A stretch of 64,000 nucleotides of DNA from Eledone cirrhosa. Taxonomy: Eukaryota. Shown here piece after piece: positions 14,839 through 28,435 of this stretch. The notes under the pieces are model-generated. The model had not been told where the DNA came from. It did no database searches and saw nothing but the letters and a program-made list of their open reading frames with translations. A program made the translations under genes and the position numbers. The DNA lies in the NCBI GenBank assembly GCA_964016885.1, contig OZ024743.1:73284001-73348000 (forward strand). Reading direction: 5' to 3'. Position 1 is the stretch's first letter; every line of letters begins with the position of its first letter.

Positions 14839-15285
14839 AACTCATATATATGTGTGTATATACTTTTGGACATATATAAAACATTTTTATAACGGATTGA
14901 ATATTTATGTAGTTAAATAAAAATACATATATATATATATATATAAAAAACTTTGTATTTTTACTTAACTATATATTTTTATTTAACTATATAAAAAATA
15001 TATATATTTGTATATTATCTCTATTCGCTTCTCTCGCTCTTCTTCGGTCTTTCTTTCCCACCTCTTTTTACCTCCCTCTTTGTATTTTTTTCGTCGCTTT
15101 GGTCACTGCGGCTCGTCTATCCGTCGCTGTCTTCAATTTGCAAAGCTGTCTAAACGTAATGTTATAACTCTAAGGTAATATACCTTATTGAGTGCTTAGC
15201 TGCACACCATGACTGCATTCGTTAGCTTGGCTGCAACCACAGCTTCGATGATGCTGTACTAAATTTTGGATATATATATATATGA

Positions 15286-15331
<46 letters not shown>

Positions 15332-15628
15332 ATATATAAAATATATATATATAGAGAGAGAGAGAGAGGTAGATAGAGAGGGGGAAAGAGGCAGATAGAG
15401 ATAGAAAGAGAGAAGGACCTATATATATGTATAATAGGTAAGATAATAATATACTTTGAAAAAGCACAGAATGTGTTTTTATTTACTATATATATATATA
15501 TGTTGGGGGTGTAAAAGGTAAACAGAAGTAACAACACAATTGGTACAGTATATAGAAGGTATATATTAGGTTAACGCTTGAAATAACAGGAAGACGGTCT
15601 TAACGTTTCGGAAGCTAGTCCTTTAATC

Positions 15629-15676
<48 letters not shown>

Positions 15677-17085
15677 GACGTAAAATAAGAAAATTATAAA
15701 AATTATCTTACTTACTAAAATATATATGTTAGTAGATATACTAATTCTTTATAATTATCTCCAAATTATTTTGTTGAGCAAAAACTTGCCAAAACTCCTA
15801 CTATAGTTCATAGTAATGGTCCGGCTGCTGTCTTCTTAACACACCACTCCTCACTGATTAAGCTCGATGTCACGTGATTGATTCTTTTCAATTTGCCACC
15901 GACCGAGTAGGCAGTGATTTTTTCAATGTCTTGGAACTTAGTCCACACTTTGCTTTTTTCCATCCACTGAATTATTTTTGTATAAGTTCCCTGTGTCCAC
16001 GCATTGCCTGGGAACTTGGCTGAGAATAGACTTCCCTGATGACGAAAGGATTTCTCCGTGCATTTCTTCGGAAACCATGTTTATTCCCTTTCAGAAACTA
16101 ATTAGTTGGAGTGAAATTTTAGTAAGTAAGTTAATTTGTATAATTTTCTTATTTTACGTCTTTCATATTATTGTTCTGCATCCCCTTGCATTGAACCACA
16201 AAGTTATTAAGACAAAACCTATATATTTGCTGGCATAGGTATGCATCTGTATATATATGTTAGTAGATATACTAATTCTTTATATATATATATATATATA
16301 ACTACAATATTATAAAGCTGAGTGTCGTGTGTATGTATTATGTATGCATCCTACACACCTCCCTATAGTTTCTTAGCTTTACTCTCTCCGTCGCTCTTTC
16401 CTCTCTCTCTATAATAGATTATTCCCCCTCTCTATAATTTAACTGCTTTACTCTCTCTGTCACTCTTCACTCTCTAATATTATAAAGCTGAGCATCATCT
16501 CTCTTTCTCTCTTCCTCTTTCACCCTCTCTATAATTTAACTGCTTTACTCTCTGTCTCTCTTCACTCTCTATATGACAACACTCTTTTACTTTCCGAATC
16601 TACCTTCAATATATCAACATAGAGATGAGCGTCGCATGTATGTTTATTTCAAAAAGATAACCGCCTTCAAATTCGGGCAACACACAAGCAGGTAATACAT
16701 ACATCAAAAGGCAACCCTCTTAGAGAGACAAAGTGTAAAAACTACACACACACACACATCTAAAGAGAGAGAGGAGAGAGGAGAGAGAGAGACAGGGAAA
16801 GAGAAACTGAGGGACGGGCAAGCAGGTAATACATACATCTAAAATCATTTGGTTAAAAATATCATAATATAATGGTTGCAGAACGAAAATACAGACAAAT
16901 ATAATAATGTATGTATCCCACACACATTTTCTGTCGTCGCTCGCATAAGTAACACACACACACATCATATGATCCCAGTTCCTCAGTGAAATAACAACCC
17001 AACCAGGAACTGGGCATATCAGAGTATTGACAAAGTTATTCACCTCAACAACATGTGTTCTTGTCTCTACCATACTAATTCGGAA

Positions 17086-17136
17086 TGCCTGAAGAGGTCA
17101 CAGCCAAAGATGGCTGTCACCGAAATGTATATAGCA
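17086..17136 (+). ncRNA. Type I hammerhead ribozyme
   Basis: tgc-CUGAAGA-ggt(c)acagcca/aaga/tggctgt(c)acc-GAAA-tgtata-UA-gca; downstream tail repeated at ~52115-52222. Confidence 0.8.
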
Positions 17137-17280
17137 GTAATAAACGAAGCCAAATTTTAAACATTTGACTTATTTATTTTATTTTACTCCGGAGTAACCA
17201 AACCAACCTGCGCACTTCGTTGAGTGCTCCAATCTGCATACTGAGGTGTTGGTATACATCCAACATATACTCAAAAAAAA

Positions 17281-17406
<126 letters not shown>

Positions 17407-17492
17407 CATATATATATATATATATAACTTATGTATTTGCTAGCATTAGTGTACATCTGTACGCATATGTTGGTAGATATTCTAATTCTCTG

Positions 17493-17586
<94 letters not shown>

Positions 17587-17710
17587 TCTATTTATAGTAT
17601 ATTTGGCAATATACCGTATGTTTAATTAAAAATATGTATAAGACCATACGCTCTCAGCTTTAAAGTAGTGACTATGTCACTTACTTATTTTCAGCGAAAG
17701 AAGGAAGAGC

Positions 17711-17751
17711 AGCTGACAGTCTGTTTCACGCTGGTTGGCTTTCATCAGAGC
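17711..17751 (-). ncRNA. Type I hammerhead ribozyme in a ~200-bp repeat (17580-17780)
   Basis: Minus strand gct-CUGAUGA-aagc/caacca/gcgt-GAAA-cagactg-UC-agc; homologous copies at ~29059-29290 (+) and ~51120-51320 (-). Confidence 0.75.
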
Positions 17752-18031
17752 CACGTTCACTCCTGCCTTCGCCGAAAATTATAGCAGCTGGATCCTTATA
17801 GAATTCCAGTAATAATCAGGTGCTAACAAAATGTATATTTGCAACGGAGCGGTTGCACGTCGTATCGTTCCGGGCCCATGGAGTATAGCAAGCCACATCG
17901 AACACCGGAATAGTTCTTTTATTTTCCTTGGAAGATGAGATATTAATCTCGAAATATCAGAACATATGAATAAAATAAGGTAAAAAAAACTTCCCCCGTT
18001 TCTTACGAAGTGATAAGATTGATAATTTCTT

Positions 18032-18113
18032 CACCCGCTGATGAGCTTAGGACTTTAGTAATCCTTTTCACAAATAATATTGCGAAACAGTTTTTATCAA
18101 AACTGTCCGGGTG
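18032..18113 (+). ncRNA. Type I hammerhead ribozyme with stable stem III
   Basis: Stem I cacccg/cgggtg; CUGAUGA 18038-18044; GAAA 18084-18087; stem III Acagtttt/aaaactgU; GUC cleavage triplet at 18105-18107. Confidence 0.85.
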
Positions 18114-18289
18114 TTCGGTTGCTACCGCAATTATGGTTTGTATTTATTTTTCTTGATTTATTCTTAAATTGAGTCTGGCAAACCATATTGTCTGTAGTTA
18201 GTATTTTTTTTTCACCTTAGGGATTCTGGTCCACTACGATTTGAACACATATATGTAAATGCCTGTGTTCGTTTTTCTTTTTTGTTCAG

Positions 18290-18367
<78 letters not shown>

Positions 18368-18373
<6 letters not shown>

Positions 18374-18798
18374 TTAGTTAAGCAAAACAAGACCACAAAT
18401 TTCACAAGAAAGACATTATTAAAAGATTGTCAACATATTGTAGTTTGATGTAAGGAATGTAGAGAATAATAATAATATTAATAATAATAATGTCCGTTTA
18501 CAATTGTTTCGCTACTCCATATAATTCCTTATTTTAATTTATATTCCTTTTGAACTTCCGAGGAGCTGCTCTATTTTTACCTATGTTAATTATTTTCAAC
18601 TGAACAAGATCAATAATAATCTATAATCATTTGATGAGAAATATTATATGGAGTAGCGAATCAATTGTAAACGGACATTATTATTATTAATATTATTATT
18701 ATTATTCTCTACATTCCTTTCATCAAATATGTTGACAATATTTTAATAATGTCTTTCTTGTGAAATTTGTGGTCTTGTTTTGCTTAACTAATGAATAT
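18368..18798. repeat. Inverted repeat (~160-bp arms) next to (TA)n, PLE-type
   Basis: 18368-18525 is the reverse complement of ~18645-18798; arms contain the HHR 3' half GAAA-caattg-UA. Confidence 0.8.
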
Positions 18799-18978
18799 TT
18801 CCAGGTCTGTGCACCTAACCTCTGCATGAACCCAGCCTCCTAGCTGCCTTCCACTGCATATTGCACATTGAGCACATGCCTTTACGCTTTGGCTTCTAAC
18901 TAATTCACCAATCTCTCTTCTCCTCTCTTATTTCCTCTCCTATCTCCATCTCTCTCTTTAAGATTGGTTACTCTTGAA

Positions 18979-19051
<73 letters not shown>

Positions 19052-19286
19052 TGTGTGTGTATACAAACATTTAAGTCTGATAATCGAGATACATATATTT
19101 GTGTGTGTGTGTATATGTGTGTGTATGTCTGTTTGTGTGTGCTTGTATGTGGATGTTTGTGTGTGTGCGTGTGTTTGTGTGTGGGTGTTTGTGTGTGTGT
19201 GTTTGCGTGTGTCTGTGTGTAAATATTTGTGTGTATGTGTGTAAATATTTGTGTGTCTGTGTGTGCATGTTTTCTGTGTGTGCATG

Positions 19287-19413
<127 letters not shown>

Positions 19414-19979
19414 TGTTTGTGGGTGTGTTTGTGGATGTTTGTATATGTATTAACGCTTCTCTAACCTTGGAAATCATCGAATGTAAATATGTTAACACTT
19501 TTCGTATCATTGAAGTCGATGTTTAACTACTGTAAATATGACCAGAGATTAATCGCTCTTTCCCTTGCCTTTCATGCTTAGCTTTGGTAACCATAGTGTT
19601 GAACATATTTATAATTTTCTGCTCTGTTAGACATAGGCATTGAGTTATTATGACATTACCGTCTCATACTACGCATTATAGATACATACAAATTAAAATT
19701 ACTTTCCAGTCGGAATCTACAGCTACATCAAAAATATTTCTCTCACAATCTTTTTTAAGAAAGGAGTGGGCCTTTTTTTTTATTGTATCTTCCCCTGAAT
19801 ATTTCGAGTTTAACTTTGCAGGAAAATGTAGTTAAATGTCCCTTAAATTCCGGTGGAACCGTAAGGGTACCGGCCTGATACACCCCATTTCTTAGACATT
19901 ATATAACCATTAGTAGAACATTCATCTTCTGGTCGGACAACAGATGATTTCTTCTAGAAAAACATGAAGAGAGAAGTAA

Positions 19980-20105
19980 TTACAGTATTGGACTGGTACC
20001 ATTTTTATCGACCTTGCTAGGATAAACGCAAAGTTAACCTCGGCGGGATTTGAACTCAGATCTTAGTTAGCCAGAACTGACACCCCATCAGCTTTGCCAA
20101 ATCGC
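19980..20105 (-). mobile_element. tRNA-derived SINE, diverged
   Basis: actggtacc..tttatcgacc..aaagttaacctcggcgggatttgaactcag core. Confidence 0.75.
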
Positions 20106-22236
20106 CTTCTCGAAAAGGATGGATAGTTAAAGATGTAGATCTTGAAGAACTGCGATTATATTAAGTTTAAGTCACTTAATGTCACAAAACTTATTTTACC
20201 GAGATGATAACTTCAAACATCTCTCTATATAAATGCTCAAAATCTTAATTTGTCGTGGGTTTTTTTTTTCTTTTTGTCTCGCTTCATGTGAGCTCTGATG
20301 GATCAGAACTATGTTCAAAAGCCTTCCATCCATGATAAACCCATCTTTGTACGAGCAGTGTGTACCTTGTCTGGCAGTCTAATGCATTGTTGTTTTTTCA
20401 TGTGATAAAGTGTAATGTAGAATATATTCCTCTGCTATTTCTAGCAGGTCAAATAGCAACGTAGACATTTCCTTTCCAATTCAATGTGATAAAATAAGAC
20501 AGAATTATTGTATATCTTGTAATATAAAAGGCATAATTTTTAAGTAGCTTTGAGGAGAGGTCTGGAGACTAGTGTCGATACTCTGCTGTAATCGCTTTAT
20601 TTCATGTAAAACTTTGAGTCATAATTGACTATTTTATCATATTGCTAATTCTCGTGCTACGGTGAGATTTAGCCTCAGATCAATCATGGTCCAGCAGATA
20701 TAGGATCGAAAACTCTCTATCTAAGACCATTCTATCATTGCAGATGTGGCTTGGACTGCATTACATAGTATGGTCTTTCTTATTAAGACAGTGAGTTTTG
20801 AGTTAAGAGGAATTATTGCACCTACAGTGGTTCCAATTTAAACTCGTTCCTCACAGAATGTATAAGTGTAATGGATGTGGTATAGCTGATATCTCAAACA
20901 ATAAGGCTCAAGTGTAATAGGTTATGTTTGAACGAACAACAGAGAAATATAAACAATCAATTAAAAGCTACCTTTTACCGGTTTTTAAACTTTTAACTGA
21001 TACGCATAAGTTTTAGATGCGTTATACCTGAAATTCAACTTTCTGATATCACAACCATTTTCATCACAGTTATTGACTAACTACCAACTGAATCATATTT
21101 TACTGTATATTATAAATGTGATTTTTTTACATACTCTTATTTTCTTATTAATACGCCATTTTGTGGAGTTAGCACTTCAATCTGCGAAACAAATGCAGTG
21201 GAAAATGTTTTATCCTGAGATATAATACTATACATATGATAGGATTCGTTTTGATAAATTAATAATGAGTGTAGCTTAGCCTTTCGGCGGTATTCCCACT
21301 TCACAGTTGTCGTAAGAGACCCTGAGTGTTTTTGCCACTTTCAGATTAAAAAGGCGAAATATAAGTAGAAGATAGTTTGTTATTTAAATAACAGGATATG
21401 TGATTATATTCCTGAAGGCAGCCATTTTAAACAAGATATCATTCAACATAGAAATCAGACTATATGGCGCGGTGATAAGAGAAGGAAAGCCATAGCTTTA
21501 ATTGATTTCCGAAATTCTGATTTCCTATGAGGCGTGAATATTTCACCATTGTTACTGTTTTCAGTAAAAAAAAAAAGAATCAATTTGGTGAAAGAATTTT
21601 CTTTAAATGTAATAAGAAACTACATAAAATAAAATCTAATATCTAAGATTTCAAACAGATTTCTACATATCAATAGTTTCCTGAGTTTAAAATGTTTGAA
21701 TGGTGTATTTTATTCTGAAAATTAAAGAAACACAAAAAAAAACAGTAAAAATCTAAAATTAGATATAGACATTTAAAATTATTATGTATGTCTTCTTAAG
21801 AACTTGTGGTGTGATCATAACCTTTTAGCGGATAGAACCATGATTCCATTTCGATAATCATTGAATGTGTCTATGCAATACATCAAGACGGTTTGTTGTT
21901 TTATTCACACAATGTTATTCGTTGATCCTGAAAGAATAGAGCACTGGACTTAATATATTACAGTGGTTATTTTTATCATTGCCATCTAGAGATATTGCCA
22001 ATCCAGCACCCTTGAAAGAGGTAATGAATAATGCTATATTTTAACGTGAATAAATTGTGCTCATAACGTTCCATTTGCCTCGAAAACTAGTGTGATTAAT
22101 GTACTTGACGTTCAGCCTGAGCAAATGAAAGACAATTACTACAGGAGAAACTCGCATGAGGAAAATTTCTATACGTTTGCTATTCTCGTACACCCACGCA
22201 CACACACACACACATATATATATATATTTATATATA

Positions 22237-22316
<80 letters not shown>

Positions 22317-22496
22317 CAGTAAAGTTGGTGGTTCACCACTGAATAGATCTTTTTATTCTGTGTAGTTAACCGTGATACAATAGTATAAAAATCACTCAAC
22401 GTCACGCGATTCAATCATCTTTGGTGTAAGATTATGTTGGTGGTGCACGGACGGAGATAAAAATTATTGAATATGTATATGTATATATATATATAG

Positions 22497-22850
22497 ATAC
22501 TTGGGGAGGGTCATATTTGTGTAATAATATTGCCAGAATTAATAATAGGACACACTCACTGTTTGGTTGGTTTTCGCTTCTGTATCATTGATATCAGTTA
22601 ATTTAATTTACTCGGTCCGCAATGTTACCATTGACTGACCAACGGTCAAAAATACAGATATAATATAGACACAAACACATATATATAGTCTAACAAAGTT
22701 CTTTCGTTGCACATCTGAAACATCGTCAGCGGTGCTATTATGTTTCCTCCTGTGTATTGTATGTCTACGCCATCTTTATTTAATCCGTTTATTTATTTAT
22801 TTATTTATTTAATTATGTCTTCTTCTCTGCGCATGCGTTTGCGTGTGTGT
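22497..22850 (-). mobile_element. PLE pseudo-LTR fragment with hammerhead
   Basis: Homologous to 52351-52712; minus strand has CUGACGA...GAAAGAACUU. Confidence 0.75.
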
Positions 22851-23042
22851 AAACACAATATATATAGATACATACACACACACAGAGACCCTTTCCATAT
22901 ATATATGCGTGTGTGTGTGTGTGTGTGTTTGACCTCCATCAGTTCTGGCGGTGGATGTTCCAGTTGTTTGAACAACTACCCAGATATTAACGTATAACTG
23001 TTGGAGAATTCCACAGAAACGTGTACCTTGAAGAAAATTGCC

Positions 23043-23281
23043 TCTCTGAACTATAGCTACAGCTCATTTTGCCAGCTGATTTAAATCTCTGAACTACAGC
23101 TACATCTCATTTTGCCAGCTGATTTGAATCTCAGGACTACAGCTACAGATCATTTTGCCAGTTGATTTGAATCTCTGAACTATAGCTACAGCTTATATTG
23201 CCAGTTGATTTGAATCTCTGAACTACAGGTACAGCTCACTTTACCAGCTGATTTGAAGCTACAGCTTATATTGCCAGCTGC
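23043..23281. repeat. 43-bp minisatellite, ~5.5 copies
   Basis: Unit tctctgaactatagctacagctcattttgccagctgatttgaa. Confidence 0.9.
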
Positions 23282-23288
23282 TTTGCGT

Positions 23289-23520
23289 AACCATTAAACC
23301 AAACCATTAAATTTAACCATTAAACCAAACCACTAAACCTAACCACTAACCCTAACCTCTAACCCTAACCAGTAAACCTAACCACTAAACCTAACCCCTA
23401 AACCTAACCCCTAAGCAAAAACACTAACCCTAACCCCTAACTCTAACCCCTACTCTAACCACTACACCTAACTCCTAAACCGAAACACTGAACCTGACCA
23501 CGAAATATAACCACTAAGCC
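23289..23520. repeat. Degenerate telomere-like (CCCTAA) array with ~13-bp periodicity
   Basis: aaccactaaacct and aacccctaaccct units. Confidence 0.8.
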
Positions 23521-24304
23521 GTAGCATGTTTAATATGAAATGGCTTCTACAGGAATAGAACTGCTTTATTCCTAATGATTCCATTTGAATGCAAAAGTTT
23601 TAGTCCTGTAGAAGCCATCTCTATATAGAACATGATGTTTGCACTCTACTAATGTATATTCAGTACCTTACTTACTGTGACTAACCGCGATTGAACCCGG
23701 GACTCATATATATTTATGTGTGTGTGGGGGGTGAGAGAGAGAGTGTGTGTAGGTGTGGATGTATACAAATAAACAATGTTACAGCCACCTAGTTGGAATA
23801 TCAACGAATTTTCCTTAGTCTTGTAAACTGGAATGTTTATTCAATAAAACTTGCTGTCATCAAACTAGAGAGTTAGTTACCACGGTGACATAAATACTGA
23901 CATTCTAAACGATGTTGCTGGCAGACAAATCTATTTTAATGCTTTATTTTCTTCATCAGTCACATTTCTGTTGTGTGATGATAGATTTGATTTAGATATC
24001 AACACAGCTGTTACAAAAATAAAATTGTTTGCATTTTATACGTGTATTTCCTCCTAAAAATGATTTTTGCCGTTTCCTTATTTCCATATTCTCGACGATA
24101 TTTCTATTTTGACTTTTATTTCTCATTTTATCTACAGATGAAGTAGTAGCTTCCGAAACGTTAAGAATCTTTTTCCTACTATATCAAACATAGGACTGAT
24201 TAATATTTTCATTGAATTGTATCGTTCCCCGTCTTGATTTTCACTTACATTTCGTGTACGCGCATGCACACAGACACACACACACACACGCACGCACACA
24301 CACA

Positions 24305-24440
<136 letters not shown>

Positions 24441-24465
24441 CAGGCACACACACACATATATATAC

Positions 24466-24497
<32 letters not shown>

Positions 24498-26055
24498 ATA
24501 GTAGAACACTGGTGGGTTATATCCATAGTTGTAGAGCATTCAGTCCATGTGACGAGTTTGATAGAAGTAGTCCACAACAGTTAATTCACCATTCCCGAGG
24601 ACAATTGTTTCACCTTAGTCGGATCATCAGTTCGGTTAAAATGAGATTATACGGAAGAGGAAAAACAATTATACAAATACGGACTTCGACACGGACTTAT
24701 GCCACGACGATGGCCTAACACTATCGAGCCATAAAAGTGGTCACGATCTGAACCGTTTTCAAAAAGATTTAATTGCCACATTTAATGAGTTAGTATTTAG
24801 GACCACAATAGCAACTAACCTTACTAGCGTAGAATACTTAGACATATATTTAGATCTTCAAACACATACCTTTAGATCCTTCCATTCAATAAATAAAAAA
24901 ACTAAATTATATACACAGGATTCATGCCACCCACCTACAATTTTCAGAAACTCCGTGAAAAATATCAGCGCTAGAATCTCTAACCTCTCCTCTAATAAAA
25001 CAATCTTTTACAGAGCGGCACCCTACTACAAGGTGTTAGCTAACAGCGGCTTCTCGCAACCAATTACTTCTTCCTCTACTAATGCCAACAGCAATAGTTA
25101 AAGAAATCGTGCTGATAGAAAAATAATTTCTCACTCAACGTTAAAATTAATGTAGGTAAAATATTCTTAGCTCTCTTCGATAGACACTTCACCATAGGTC
25201 ACAAATACTGCTCCATCTTTAATAGACACAGGGTGAAACTAGGATACTCCTGTGCTAAGAATATGGAGGCCCACATCACCAACAACCCCACCAGGATGCT
25301 CTTGCCGAAAGCCTGAAGATTGTCCACTTCAACAACAGTGCAATACACCCGCTGTAATTTACCCAGCCGTTGTCACTTCTAACCGACCAAATCAACAACA
25401 AGAGGTCAAATCCTATGTAGATATTGTGAAGGGCCGGTTTAAAGAACGCTTCCTGAATTATTTGTCGAAATTCAGAAATCCGGACAAATGATTGTCCACT
25501 AAGCTCCTGAGCCACGTATGGTCCCTCAAGGATGCGGGCATGGACTACTCCATTCAAAGGAAAGTTATTACTAACTCTAAGCCATACGGAAATGATAATC
25601 CCTTTTGAGGGCTGTGCATTGAAGAAAGAATCAATATCCTGAAAAGTTTGCGTTATAGCGCTTGTCTAAATTGAAGGAATGAATTTTTCTCGCGCCGTCC
25701 ACACGTTTGGAAACAGCCATTACGTAAAGCTCCAGGCTGACTAACATGAATAATCTATTACATTCTGAACTGAATAACATGAATAACCATTATATTCTGA
25801 GTTTCCACAGTCGTCTCCCTACCAACGATATATCGTGGGTTTACCTCCCCTTGGGAAATGTCTGTTTCTGCACATGCGTATTCGTACAGTTGTTTTTCGT
25901 TTTCCGTACAACCTCATTTAAACCGAGCTGATGATCCGTCTAAGGTGAAACAATTGTTCTCGGTAATGGCGAACTAACTGTTTTGGAACTACTTCTACCA
26001 AACTCGTCCCATGGAATGAGTGCTCTACTGCTAAAGATATAACACACCAGTATTT

Positions 26056-26058
<3 letters not shown>
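24498..26058 (+). mobile_element. Decayed Penelope-like element (Naiad-like) with inverted 5' pseudo-LTR
   Basis: RT remnants DLCHDDGL (24694-24717), VEYLDIYLDL, HPPTIF; CxCx5C linker CSCRKPEDC; GIY-YIG remnant VIYPAVV...SYVDIVKGRFKER; 24500-24680 is the reverse complement of ~25880-26058; (TA)n on both sides. Confidence 0.85.
25922..25964 (+). ncRNA. Minimal hammerhead in the PLE 3' pseudo-LTR (mirror copy 24595-24635, -)
   Basis: accgag-CUGAUGA-tccgtctaaggt-GAAA-caattg-UU-ctcggt; the mirror copy has a GUC triplet. Confidence 0.85.
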
Positions 26059-26141
<83 letters not shown>

Positions 26142-26190
26142 TTATTTATTTATTTATGTAATAAACAACACAATATAATTATTCCATTAC

Positions 26191-26318
26191 CCAAGGTTTC
26201 ACGAAGTTAAACGATTCAAACAGAAACGTCTGATATCGCTCATCAGATAGAAAAGATTTCTATCTGATGAGCGATATCAGGCGTTTCTGTTAGAATCGTC
26301 TAACTTCTTGAAACCTTG
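26191..26318. repeat. Fold-back palindrome containing CUGAUGA...GAAAC
   Basis: Arms centred at ~26254; possible HHR with a long stem II (fold not confirmed). Confidence 0.7.
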
Positions 26319-26650
26319 TGTCGCCGTGTGGGTAGTTGTGGTGTATCTATGCATGCTTTATGTATGTATAGATTGGAGGTAGGATTTCGATCTCCTTTAC
26401 TTGAAAATTTAAAATATAAAAAAATATTTCTTTTAGAATAACAGTATATCTATAATTGTAATAAACGAAGCCAAAGTTTACATATTTGTCTTAATTATTT
26501 TACGTTACTCCGTAGTAAACAGTTACGAGAGATACTCAATACGTTAGTAGAGTTCAGTCATTGTATATAGAAATGGCTTTATAGGACTTGGAGTGTTTCA
26601 CTCGATGTACATCATCAGTCAACAGTCATAGATCGTAGCAAAAAGACACC

Positions 26651-26965
26651 CAGAAATCTAGTTATATATCCTATGAAACAGACAACCAAACAACAATTTC
26701 TGATATTCCTAGCCCGACAGACAACAGAAATCAACAGTTATATATCCAATGAAACAAACAACTAAACAACACAGCTGTGGTATTCCTAACCAGATAGACA
26801 ACAGAAATATACAGTTATATATCCTATGAACAGACAACCAAACAACACATCTCTGATATTCCTAGCCCGACAGACAACAGAAATCAACAGTTATATGTCC
26901 AATGAAACAGACAACTAAACAACACAGCTGTGATATTCCTAACCAGACAGACAACAGAAATCAAC
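26651..26965. repeat. ~77-bp minisatellite, 4 copies in alternating A/B variants
   Basis: cagaaat recurs at 26651, 26725, 26802, 26878 and 26955; cctagcccgacag alternates with cctaaccaga(c/t)ag. Confidence 0.9.
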
Positions 26966-27894
26966 CAGCCAGCAACATTACAATTCTGTCATAAACCTGT
27001 CCAGTCATAAACTCAACAATGTAAATAAGATCAGTGCTTGCATGCAGAACGAAGAGTGATGAGGTATGTTATCTATTTAAATTCACACACATATTGAGAA
27101 AAACTAATTAACAGCTTAAACTTTCAATTCCGGCGAAGAATGATAAGGAAAACAACAAAGCAATGAATTATATTATATTAACTAATAGTGGAATATCGTT
27201 AGTGCAATGAGGGGTGGGTTTGAACTGGAGTAGTACAGTGAGAACTCTGAAATTGTTGCGGTTTAAATGGAACTTTAAATGAAACGGCGTGTAATATCGA
27301 TAGTAACATATTTGATAGATTTGATATATTTGGGATGTTTTAGAGCAGAAAACAATAGATTGCTATTGAGTCCAGTTATCAGTTCATATAGGGTGGTTTC
27401 TAAAGTTAGTTGTGTAGCCAATCTGTTCAGATGTATCACTCTGCTGCTTCAAGCCATAAAATTCGACCAAACCATGGCCCCAAGGTGACCCCAAGAAATA
27501 AATAAAGAATATTCTATTATCTATTACGCTTGGTTAAGAATTAATTCTTTGTAATTTAGCAGCAGGGTTCAGTTTTAAGATATTGTAGAAATTGTATCCA
27601 TTTGTTTCCAATTCCACAGTAATATTTGAAAAATTTAGTATGAGACATTTACATCAAGAATCAATATACTAAAAATATTGATCCCAGATTCAGTCATCTC
27701 TCACAAAATATAATTCAGTTTGCTAATACATTTACATTTATTTCCAATTAACTATTATTTTACGGTCCCCCATTATTGTATGAATGATGAAAAATACGTC
27801 TATATATTTTGTAAAAGCATATATATGTATGCATGTATTTATGTAAGTATAACGTGTATATGTATGTACATTTATATGTATATATACATATATA

Positions 27895-27925
<31 letters not shown>

Positions 27926-27991
27926 CGCGTGTGTGTTTGTGCATACGTATATGTATGTATATATATATACGTGTGTGTGCATACGTATATG

Positions 27992-28026
<35 letters not shown>

Positions 28027-28261
28027 CAAATTAGTGAAGTATAACATTGATCGGCTTTACAATAGGGTTTATTCCAAGTATTAACAAATGTTTCATTACT
28101 CTGGTGTGTCTAAAAATCGTTGTTCGTAAAATGCAACGTCACTCGATTTTAATTACAGTTGATACCCGACCAAATCTTCAGAATATACTGATTTGTGTAC
28201 ATGATACAATGCGCTAGTATTTATAGATACATTAAAAACAACAAGAATAAAAGCAAGAATA

Positions 28262-28435
28262 ATAATAATTGTTTTTACTTTTGGCACAAGGCCAGCAATT
28301 ACTCAGTACATTACTGGTACTTTATTTTATCGACCCCATAAGGATGAAAGGCAAAGTTAACCTCAACGGGATTTGAACTCAGAATGGAAAGGGCCGTAAC
28401 GTCAAAGTATGGCGCCCGATACTGCCAATCCACCA
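28262..28435 (-). mobile_element. tRNA-derived SINE
   Basis: Same core, B-box and (ATT)n tail as the other copies. Confidence 0.88.

Noticed and set aside
16300-16720. Possible non-autonomous Helitron (also ~59140-59175)
   Set aside because: Terminus-like motifs are suggestive, but the 3' hairpin and CTRR end could not be established.
24131-24170. Hammerhead-like cagatgaag...ttccgaaacgtta
   Set aside because: Core and stem II are mutated. It is a relic related to the minus-strand motif at ~15596-15632 and is not counted as intact.
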